A stretch of DNA of 64,000 bases from Macrostomum lignano (lineage: Eukaryota), in assembly GCA_002269645.1 (NCBI GenBank), contig NIVC01001524.1, positions 186,001 to 250,000 of the forward strand, given 5' to 3'. This document shows positions 1-12,000 of the stretch, piece by piece. The notes below the pieces were generated by a model. It was not told where the DNA came from. It made no database searches and saw only the letters and a list, made by a program, of their open reading frames with translations. How positions within the stretch are numbered: the stretch's first letter is position 1; the number at the start of each line of letters is the position of its first letter. A program made the translations under genes and the position numbers.

Positions 1-79
1 ATAAACATAACGCATAAACGTTCGGCTTTCTGATGATGTTAAACAAAACCGTTTTGAGTTGAGTTCTGTTTAAACTTAC

Positions 80-3000
80 AAAAATGTTTGCATTAGCAAC
101 CAGCCGGTGAATCGAGCTGTCGCTCTGATTGGCTGAAAATTTGTTTATAATTTAAGAGAAGTATTATACTGCGCATAGCGATTGCTCAAATTAACTTTGT
201 TTTACTTACATTTTGCATTGAAATCGAAGCCCGTTTAACTGTGATGGTTACATTAGTGCAGATAGACTGATAATCGTACACTCGCATGCTGCAATTGAAA
301 CGATTCAAACAAAATAGGCTATTTTTTAATTGCATTTAAACATGTACTATTCATAACTTCGATTAAAAAAGTTAAAATGCTGTAAATGCTCGCATCAACT
401 TAATTCCAATAATTTCTACTAACTAATATGATAGGCAAGAACTATCCAGATCCCTTCCAATTGTACTCATGGTGTTGCCTAATACAATCAAAACAAAATT
501 CTCACCTTTCAAAATATCCCTGCTGGACCAGAGCCTTCATAGCGGCACAGTTGACCTGATCGAATCCTCTGCCAACATCGTGTCGAACTTCGGAGACAGC
601 CACAAATCCACTGCGATCCAGCAGGTAGCACTGTACGTTCAACCTTGAGCAGGTGACGCAGCTGGTGTCTCCGGGACTTGCACAACCGCTAGTGATGCTC
701 AGAAATGATTCTTCCAGCTTCGCATAGTCAATCTCTGCTCCAGCAACGCCGATCGGGGACCAGGCGCCGCTGCTGCCAACTCGACTGCGAATCACCGAAG
801 TCAGATAGACTGGGAACGCTTTGGGAAAGGTGTTGTTGGCTTTCATGTTGGCCATCACCTCCTGGCTCAGCGGCACCGTGATAACCGATAGGTCGCTGTT
901 GGCTTCAACTTCAGTTGACAATAGAACCGTCTTCTCGTACATCTCTTCGCGAGAGGCGTTGCGTCTGCTTGACATGAAGTCGGAGCGCAGAGGTCGAGTC
1001 CGGTTGTGCCAACGGGACAGACCGGTGTTGGTCCACAGGAAGAACAGATCGACTCCCGAGCTCTGTTCAAAATGGGGTAATGGAAAGTAAGTGCACTTGC
1101 TCATAAATCACTGAATTCATCGGTAATTTTCAGAATATTGCAGTTTTCTGGAACTAACTTTTTGCGGCCAGATGTGGCTCGCAAAGCCATACATGTATCT
1201 GACCCTCGGGTCCTTTGAAACTTCACAATAGCAACAATATGGCTCGCTCAAGGTTTGTGTCTTCTCAGCTCTCTTCTCACTAATCTCATTTCTCTTCTCT
1301 TATCTCTTCCCTCTTCTCTTATCTCTTCCCTTTTCTCTACAATCTTCTCTCTTCTCTTTAATATTCTCTCCCTTCTCTTATCTCTTCCCTTTCTCTTCAA
1401 TCTTCTCTCTTCTCTTTAACATTCTCTTCCCTCTAATCTCCTTTCCCTTCTCTTATCACTCCTTTCTTCTCTCTTCGATTAGGGGCGATGAAGCTTGCTG
1501 GAGAACAGCTAAAATCGGGAATAGGGACGCCCAATCAGCGGACGAGGCCCCCATTGCCCTCCCCCCTGGCTAACGCCACTAGGTCAGCAGCTCCGCTATA
1601 TTCAAGCCTCACCTCCATTGTAGCATTGTCCACAGCCCGCCAGATTCTCTGGGCCTCCTCAGTACTCAACGCATCCGTTACAACTCGTCGAAGAAACTCA
1701 GCCGAGCAGTTCATGCTGGTCCTGTTCGCCTCCGGACTGGCCAGCACCTTCTCCAGAGCGCAAATCGGATTCAAATTGTAGTCACCCAGCAGGTGAGCGG
1801 GGAAGGCGCAGAACTCGTAGCCGCTCAGGCCGATTCCGTAACTACCAGCCGCTCCAACCGGTACGCAAGTCCGAGTACCATTGGGTCCTAATTGAAGCAG
1901 GCGTTCCAACGTCTCAGGACTGGCGCCTTCGCTTGGCAGGGCGCCCGACTGTGAGCTGCGATATGCTAGCGGCGGCGGCCATTGACTGCCTCGTTGCCAT
2001 GGTAACACCAGTGCCAGTGAGAACGGAGTTGCGCGAGAGATGGTGCCATCCGGAGAAGTTGAATTAATTGGGGCGTAGAAGTATTTGAAATCGCGATTGA
2101 ATCCGCGAGTCTGGAAAGTACATTTCAATTGGTGAAAATGGTAACTAGGCTAAAAATTAAGCGTCCCGGAGTCACTTCTGTCGCCCCGGAGTCAAAATAG
2201 GAAGGATGCCAAGCTACAGGACTCTAAAACGACGAGATGTCACGGTAGAGGTCGCCAAAAATTGTCAAAGAGTCACCTAAGAATCAATTTTAGGCGTTTT
2301 ATTGCCTGCGACTCGGAAACGAATCTGGGGGCCGTAGATTCATTTCTGAGGTGTACCAGAGTCGCTGTAGAATCACTGAGTTATCTCTGAAGCGAATCTG
2401 CGTTTCAAATGCGATAGTATCGTATTTCGAATCTACAGCAACTTCATTTAGTCTACTTAAGTTTTGTAGAAAGTTAAGCGCTAGCTAACACAACGACTCT
2501 TGGACTCTTTTGACTTTTACCATTGTGCAACTCATGTGATGCGCTCGTTACTCGACAGTTGCTTCTATGTTGCAGCTCAAGTCGTTTAAATCGTTAAAAA
2601 GTCACAAGAGCTGCTACAGAGTCGCCAGAGTCACTAGAGAGTTGTTTAAATGACTCTCTTTAGCGATTCTGGTCACGGTAACGTTTTCAACCTTCCAATG
2701 ACTCTTTAGCAATTCTGGTCACGGTAACGTTTTCAACCTTCCAATGACTCTTTAGCAATTCTGGTCACGGTAACGTTTTCAACCTTCCAATGACTCTTTA
2801 GCAATTCTGGTCACGGTAACGTTTTCAACCTTCCAATGACTCTTTAGCAATTCTGGTCACGGTAACGTTTTCAACCTTCCAATGACTCTTTAGCAATTCT
2901 GGTCACGGTAACGTTTTCAACCTTCCAATGACTCTTTAGCAATTCTGGTCACGGTAACATTTTCAACCTTCCAATGACTCTTTAGCAATTCTGGTCACGG

Positions 3001-6000
3001 TAACGTTTTCAACCTTCCAATGACTCTTTAGCGATTCTGGTCACGGTAACGTTTTCAACCGGGATCAATTGAGTCCTAATCTTTATTGTCCATACAAAAA
3101 CTAAAGCCAATCAACCGAATGTCAGACTTCATTACTCACGAAATCCTCGTAAGTTTTAATCCGACGAATCTGCTCGATGCCTTCCTGCCGGTTGATGAGG
3201 CCCAGGCGCAACGGCAGAGTGTAGCTAGGCGCGTTGTACAGCGGCGATTCGTCGGCTGGCATCTCGATCTCGGCAATGTCCCGGTTGTTAAAAAACAGCC
3301 TAAGATTGCCTTCGTGCTGCGAAAGATGTAAAGATTTTGGTCGATTTGGCATCTATATAAAGTTAGTTGGAACTGGCTCACGAAAGCTTGATATCTAACT
3401 TACTGAAGGATTCATACACTAATCCTCTAGAAGGGTAATGTGTTGCGACTATTTGTTTATAAAATAATGACACGTCTGTGTGGTTAAGTTAGTTTCAATC
3501 AGTCGCTAGTAAATATGTACACATGAGGTTACAAGGTTACATAAGGGGGAGAGGGTACAGAGGTGAGAGGGACAGAGCTGGAGATAGGGTACAGAGGGAG
3601 ATAGGGTATAGAGGGAGATAGGGTACAGAGGGAGATAGGGTACAGAGGGAGATAGGGTACAGAGGGAGATAGGGTACAGAGGGAGATAGGGTACAGAGGG
3701 AGATAGGGTACAGAGGGAGATAGGGTACAGAGGGAGATAGGGTACAGAGGGAGATAGGGTACAGAGTGGGAGAGGGTAAAGACACCAGATTTAGCGGGGG
3801 TGGCCCGGTGCAAAAAGCTAAGCAAAGGGGTGGGGGATTCCGCACTCACATCGAACTGCCGAAACTCGGGATGGAACAGCACGTGCCCATTATTCGTGAC
3901 CAAAAAGATGTAGCCGAGAGCGCCCAGCTCCCAAGCCGGCCCGAGACGTTCAAAGTGATCGGTTGGCACGTCCACACCAGCCACTCCGATGAGGCGACCA
4001 ATTCCGCGATGAATCTGCGATGGGGTTGGATTCGGAACTCTTATTGGTTGCTAATTAAGGTATTCAAATCAAATTGAACAAGCAAAAAGTACAAACCGTA
4101 CTTACTGTCTCATTGTCCCGAATGTCGTAGGCAGCCTGAGCCACAGAGGCAAACAGTTTGTTTTTCTGAAATGATTTTTATTTGTTATATTGTTAGAGTA
4201 AAGTAAAAAAATTATCGTATGATTTTGTTTAACTGGAATGAAAAAAAGCTTAGTATATTTATATCTAATTAAAACGAAATACATCAGTCATGCGGCAGAA
4301 AAGTACCAGTTAGTAAATATAATAAATAATTGAATTATAGTAAAATTTTTCGGTTACTTTTTTTCATAAAACCTTGGCACTGCGCTGCTATACCCGTGCT
4401 TAGATACATGTAAGAGTAATATAGCCATAAATATTTTATTACTTCATCGCCAAACTCTAACAAGGCTATATATATATATTACTTATAGTACACTTCAAGC
4501 AAATATAAAATAATATTATTCATGAGCACTTGAAGAACCTTTGCTTTATAAACAAGAATTTCTGTTAAAAAAAGCATGAAATTTCAAAAAAATAATTTTT
4601 TTGTTAAAATCGATTAACTCACTTCCATCAGCGCCTGGATTTTCAATTGTATATTTTCCAGGAAATGTTACGGATTTAGGAATTAAACTTGTGCGATGAT
4701 TATTACTGTGTAGTGCAAATCAAAATAGTTGCAGGATGCAAAGTAGAATTTCTACGGTGATTTGCTACGAGATACATGTATCTAGGGCGTAGCCAATTAT
4801 AAATAAATAACGGTTTAATGTCAAATTGCAAAAGTAATTATAAAGAAAAAAACAATTGGCTTTGATTAGAATTTAAAAATCTATAAGTTGCAAGAATCAG
4901 ACCTAACTACCTAATAAACGACATGTAATTAAATTAAAAAATCTACATTAGGTTTTTAGGTTAAGCCAGGGAAAGAGCTGATAATTTTTTTAAATTTGTT
5001 TAAAAACAAAAGATGTTATATTTTATTTTATGAATGAATTAATGAATTAATTGAATTATGAATTATATTTTATTTTACCACAGCTGGATCCTCCTCTGGC
5101 GTCTGGTGCGGCGTGTTGTCGCCTTTCGACGGCTTGTAAACAATCTTCAGCGTGTTGTCTCCGCCAGGCCCTCCGACACCTCTGCTGCTGCCGCTTCCGT
5201 TCACCGAGTTCGGCGTTGAAGTTGGCGTCGTTGTCGGCGAAGCTGTCGAGGCTGTCTCGGTGAAGGGGAACACCGTGAACCCGGGGGCAGACTCCGGTTC
5301 AGCTGCCGCCGAGGATCCCGACGAGGCAGTCGCGGATTTCTTCGATAGCGAAGACTTGCGGAGCTGCGACTCCGGGTGCGTATGCGTAATCCGGGCCGCG
5401 TACGGGTTCCACAAGGTTGGTTGTATGATAGGTGGCGAGGGGGTGGTGGTGGAGGAACAAAGGAGTTTCCCAGGAGGACAAGGAGTTTCCCAGCTTTACA
5501 AGTCGTTTACCGCTTGTTGGCGGGTGAATGCTCTTACTACTGGGAGCAATAATGAAAACGTACGCTAGAAATCTTAAAAGAGAGAAGATAGAAGTAGATA
5601 GAGAAGTAGAGAGAGGAGTAGAGAGAGGAGTATAGAGAGAGAGAAGTAGAAAGTTGAGTAGAGAGAGAAGTAGAGAGAGAAGTAAAGAGAAAAGTAGAGA
5701 GAGAAGTAGAGAGAGAGAAGTAGAGAGAGAAGTAGAGAGAGAGAAGTAGAGAGAGAAGTAGAGAGAGAGAGAGAGAAGCAGAGAGAGAAGTAGAGAGAGA
5801 GAGATAGAGAGAGAGAAGTAGAGAGAGAAGTAGAGAGAGAAGTAGAGAGAGAGAGAGAGAAGTAGAGAGAGAAGTAGAGAGAGAAGTAGAGAGAAAAGTA
5901 GAAAGAAAAGTAGAGAGAGAAGTAGAGAGAGAAGTAGAGAGAGAAGTAGAGAGAGAAGTAGAGAGAGAAGTAAAGAGAGAAGTAGAGAGAGAAGTAGAGA

Positions 6001-9000
6001 GAGGAGTAGAGAGAGGAGTAGAGAGAGAAGTAGAGAGAGGAGTAGAGAGAGGAGTAGAGAGAAGTAGAGAGAGGAGTAGAGAGAGGAGTAGAGAGAGAAG
6101 TAGAGAGAGAAGTAGAGAGAGAAGTAGAGAGAGAAGTAGAGAGAGGAATAGAGAGGGAAGAAACTACAGCAAGTAAATAGTTGAAGTTGTAGTTAAGGCA
6201 AAATTGCAGACAAAAATTCAATAGTAGTATCATCCGTCAGTAGTATCATCCGTCAATTATATTAAAAAGCAGATAATTTTTTGTACTACTATAATGCCAT
6301 AAAACTTATTTAATTTAATAATTAAGCGGTTAGTAGAGATGCAAAGTTTCTGAATTGATCCCATTGCTAGCGGCTTAATTGTCTGAATATTGGCGCAGTG
6401 ATTTTGTTAATATAATGTCGATTTAAAAATATTTCAGCGCTTTGCATTATGAGTCAATAATAACAAATATTATTTAGCTGCAAAGCATAGCTATTAAAAC
6501 GCAAGTTATTTATTAAAGCAACTAATTTGTATCTGTGAATTTTTTTCTGAAATTGCTTAAATACGTGAAATTTTGCTCACAAAATCACTTATTGATTCGG
6601 ATTCAAAATTTAACTGAAATAAAAATCGTGTAACATAAACAGAACAATCTTAAAGTTGGATCTAAAAAAATATTTATTGATCAATTTATTTATATTTATG
6701 ATTCTTACCTGCGTTTTAATCTGGTTTTTGTGCACCCCGGTCCAAGCAAAGAAATGGTCGCGGCGGAGTGCGTTTGTTCTGGCCGTGACGGGTATGTACC
6801 GCTGCGGAGACAACGGCAGTTCACATTGTTGAATTGGAATTCTTGCGCTTTCAATGTTTAGATATCAGCTATGAATTCAAATTGGCATTGTTTACATTAG
6901 TAACAATTTGTATATTAAACCAATTTTTACTTATTCTGAATATTTTTTCTTGATCATCAAAGTTATTTTTTTTCTACACGTGTACAGCATGTCTGTAGGT
7001 TTACATGGTTCTACACCATTTATCTGCGGTAGGTTTACATGATCCCATTATTTACATGTATATGGGGTAGGTTTACATGATACTGTCATTTATCTGCGGT
7101 AGGTTTACATGATTCTACCATCTATCTGTGGTAGGTTTTCATGATTCTACACCATTTATCTGCGGTAGGTTTACATGATTCTACCATTCATCTGCAGTAG
7201 GTTTACATGGTTCTACACCATTTATCTGCGGTAGGTTTACATGATTCTACACCATTTATCTGCGGTAGGTTTACATGATTCTACCATTTATCTGCAGTAG
7301 GTTTACATGATTCTACACCATTTATCTGCGGTAGGTTTTCATGATTCTACACCATTTATCTGCGGTAGGTTTACATGATTCTACCATTCATCTGCAGTAG
7401 GTTTACATGGTTCTACACCATTTATCTGCGGTAGGTTTACATGATTCTACACCATTTATCTGCGGTAGGTTTACATGATTCTACCATTTATCTGCAGTAG
7501 GTTTACATGATTCTACACCATTTATCTGCGGTAGGTTTACATGATTCTACACCATTTATCTGCGGTAGGTTTACATGATTCTACACCATTTATCTGCGGT
7601 AGGTTTACATGATTCTACACCATTTATCTGCGGTAGGTTTACATGATTCTACCATTTTATTTGCGGTAGATTTACGTGATTCTACACCATTTATCTGCGG
7701 TAGATTTACATGATTCTACTATTTATCTGCGGTGGATTTACATTTTTTACCAATTTATCTGCGTTAGATTTTATGATTCTACAAATTTATCTGCAGTGGA
7801 TGCAAGTGAATGTAACATTATTCTACCATCTATCTGCGGTAGAACTACGTAGTTCAACACAACTTACCTGAGCATTTTCCTTCACATCGGACAGTGTAGA
7901 GATCTGCACAAAGTAGCCCCGGTTTGAGCAGGCAATTTTTTTCACATTCTCCTCCTCAGCAGCCTCGTGACCCACTAGGAAAGTGAACACTCGGACTTGG
8001 CGCTGCGGGGTTTCAAAAAAAGCGCAGTGTGCATAAACTACTATAAGTAGTAGTTAGGCTTCTAACTATACAGATAGTTGACAGTGAGAAAATTGGCTAG
8101 TAAGGAAACCGGGGTGTGAGATTGTGGATAATCAGGGGTGAGATTGTGGATAATCAGGGGTGAGATTGTGGATAATCAGGGGTGAGATTTTGGATAATCA
8201 GGGGTGAGATTGTGGATAATCAGGGGTGAGATTGTGGATAATCAGGGGTGAGATTGTGGATAATCAAGGGTGAGATTGAGGATAATAAAGGGAGAGATTA
8301 ATGTATAATCAGGGGTGAGATTTTGGATAATCAAGGGGTGAGATTGTGGATAATCAGGGGTGAGATTGTGGTTAATCAGGGGTGAGATTTTAGATAATCA
8401 AAGGGTGAGATTGTGGATAATCAAGGGTGAGATTGTGGATAATCAAAGGTAAGATTGTGGATAATCAAGGGTGAGATTGTTGATAATCAAGGGCTGAGAT
8501 TGTGGCTAACCAAGGGGTTAAGATTGTGGATAATCAGGGGTGAGATTGTGGATAATCAAGACGTGAGATTGTGGATAAACCAGGGGTGAGATTGTGGATA
8601 GACGGGGTGAGATTGGCGAGTATATGCAAAATGCATGGTTGTTGCTACAATGTGCACACGCTATACCGCTTACATCGAAGTTGTACTTTTTGAAGACCTC
8701 TTGGAACGTCTGCGGTGCCCCATCCGAGATAAGTACGATATTCTGCACCCCGCCTGAGGACAGGTCAGTCGCATTTCTTTTCACATAATCGAGCAGCTGG
8801 AATGCCTCTTCTAGGGCTTCTTTGTAGTCGGAGATGCCCAGGGGAGCGAATTGTCTGTCTTGCGGTGCGCGATTTTCATCTTCTCGAATCAGATCCATGA
8901 CGTTCTGTGGGTTCGGATGAATGTACACGCTTTATATAAATCAGGGACCGGTGTTCCTTTGGCTCCCCCTGGACTGGCGCTAAAGCCCCTGGTGCTAAAG

Positions 9001-12000
9001 CCCCTGGTGCTAAAGCCCCTGGTGCTAAAGCCCCTGGTGCTAAAGCCCCTGGATAGGAAATTTAAGTTAAAAATTGCAAACGGGTTTTTGTTTTTTAGTA
9101 AATAAGATTGCTGTCGAGTTAAAACAAATAATTAACTCACGTATTTATTTTTCTCTGTTGCTTGCAGCATTGTAAAGTTGAAATCATCCGATATGTACTT
9201 GAGCGACGAGTTCATGAACTTCGCGGATAAAACAGGTGAAATGCGTAACAAGTTAGATGATTTGTAATAAAAAGTTGATTATTTGCTATCAGTTAGTTAA
9301 AAATTTAACATGTCAATTGTGATTCTTGTCCATGTTAATTAAGCACGGAAAGTTTTACGCTACTAATAATTTGGTTTTATTTACTTAATTGCTGTATCCA
9401 ATAATATTTATATCGTGTACTGCATTGCTTGTTTTTAAAAAGTGTTTTCCTACAGTTAATACATGCACCATCTTATATTTCGTATGCAGAGCGTGGTAAT
9501 AGATATTATCCAGTTTTAGATATTGTTGAAAGTTTGCGAGGGAAAGTGCAAAAATGTTGATACTGAAAAGTATCCATGTCAAACATATAGAGCCGCCATG
9601 TCAAACATAAAAGAGCCACCACTTCTAACATAAGAGCCATCTGAGAGTGGGTTGATAGCTATCTATAAGGATTCTTGGTATCCAGGGATGCTTGAATTGC
9701 TATTGGGGGATGCTTGCTATCTGGGGGATGCTTGCTATCTGAGGGATGCTTGCTATCTGGGGGATGCTTGCTATCTGAGGGATGCTTGCTGTCTGGGGGA
9801 TGTTTGCTATCTGGGGGATGCTTGCTATCTGAGGGATGCTCGCTATCTGGGGGATGCTTGCTATCTGGGGGATGCTTGCTATCTGGGGTTGCTTGCTGTC
9901 TGGGGGTTGTTTGCTATCTGGGGGATGCTTGCTATCTGAGGGATGCTTGCTATCTGGGGGATGCTTGCTATCTGAGGGATGCTTGCTGTCTGGGGGATGT
10001 TTGCTATCTGGGGGATGCTTGCTATCTGAGGGATGCTTGCTATCTGGGGGATGCTTGCTATCTGGGGGATGCTTGCTATCTGGGGGATGCTTGCTATCGG
10101 GGGGATGCTTGCTGTCTGGGAGTTGCTTGGTATCTGGGGGATGCTTGCTGTCTGGGGGTTGCTTGGTATCTGGGGGATGCTTGCTATCTGGGGGATGCTT
10201 GCTATTTGAGGGTTGCTTGCTGTCTGAGGGATGTTTGCTATCTGGGGGATGCTTGCTATCGGGGGGATGCTTGCTGTCTGGGAGTTGCTTGGTATCTGGG
10301 GGATGCTTGCTATCGGGAGGATGCTTGCTATTGGGTGATGCTTGCTATCTGGGGGATGCTTGCTATCTAGGTTGCTTGCTGTCTGGGGGATGTTTGCTAT
10401 CTGGGGGATGCTTGCTATCTGGGGGATGCTTGCTATCTGGGGGATGCTTGCTATCGGGGGGATGCTTGCTGTCTGGGAGTTGCTTGGTATCTGGGGGATG
10501 CTTGCTGTCTGGGGGTTGCTTGGTATCTGGGGGATGCTTGCTATCTGGAGGATGCTTGCTATTTGAGGGTTGCTTGCTGTCTGAGGGATGTTTGCTATCT
10601 GGGGGATGCTTGCTATCGGGGGGATGCTTGCTGTCTGGGAGTTGCTTGGTATCTGGGGGATGCTTGATATCGGGAGGATGCTTGCTATTGGGTGATGCTT
10701 GCTATCTGGGGGATGCTTGCTATCTAGGTTGCTTGCTGTCTGGGGGATGTTTGCTATCTGGGGGATGCTTGCTATCTGGGGGATGCTTGCTATCTGGGGG
10801 ATGCTTGCTGTCTAGGGGATGCTTGCTATCTAGGTTGCTTGCTGTCTGGGGGATGCTTGCTATCTAGGTTGCTTGCTGTCTGGGGGATGCTTGCTATCTA
10901 GGATGCTTGCTATCTGGGGATGCTTGCTATCTAGGTTGCTTGCTATCTGGGGGATGCTTGCTATCTGGGGGATGCTTGCTGTCTGGGGGATGCTTGCTAT
11001 CTGGGGGATGCTTGCTATCTGGGGAGGCTTGCTATCTGGGTGGATGCTTGCTATCTAGGTGGATGTTTGCTATCTGGGGATGCTTGCTATCTGGGGATGC
11101 TTGCTATCTAGGTTGCTTGCTATCTGGGGGATGCTTGCTATCTGGGGATGCTTGCTATCTGGGTGGATGCTTGCTATCTAGGTGGATGTTTGCTATCTGG
11201 GGGATGCTTGCTATCTGGGGGATGCTTGTTGCTATTTGGCAGGATGCTTGCTGTCTTGGGATATTTTCTTTGAGAGGGAATGTCTGTTGTCTTTGTGAAG
11301 GCTTTATTTCGCTGTCTTTTTGTTACTTGTAGAGAACAGAGATTCTATCCAGATGTTCCCTTTGGGGGCGAAGATTGCTACATGTAGTTCACTACTATAG
11401 ACTGAAATATTTAATGAAATCCGACTATTGTGGACATGGATTCATATAACTGTCAAAAACTTGCTACGGAAAAGAGACCAGCTCTAGATTACGATCGTAC
11501 ATGTACAGTGATTTATTGCGTAACACACTCTCCAGACTGACTCATATAGCTTAACTAGCAGTTTTGTTATAAATTCAAATATAAATAATTGCATTGCATA
11601 TTGCTAAATTTCGTGCACGTATATTATGCCAGATAAAAGTTGATTTGCCGTGTACACATATGTAGTTTAGCTAGCTATTACTTTAATTTTAACAAAATTC
11701 AAACGTTTTAATAATCTTGAATCACTTTTAAGAGCGAAATTTAATGAATAAATGAATTGGGTTTGCAGGTTTCTATTATTGATGATATTAAATAGCGATA
11801 TGTTTGTCATAGTGAGATATTTTCAAGCTTATGTTATCCGGGAAATCGTGCAAATTTTTCGCGTTTTAATTAATACTCCGTGCATCTTAATGCATATACA
11901 CAAACTCATTAATTTTATACTTACTTCCTCGTGTGGCGATTTTGTAATCTTAACGAACAATTCCGCGAAATGATATTTAAATTATAAGTTGTTCTAATAA

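Noticed and set aside
2648-3060. CRISPR-like regular repeats (also 34995-35265)
   Set aside because: The units are directly tandem with no unique spacers, there are no cas genes, and the context is eukaryotic.
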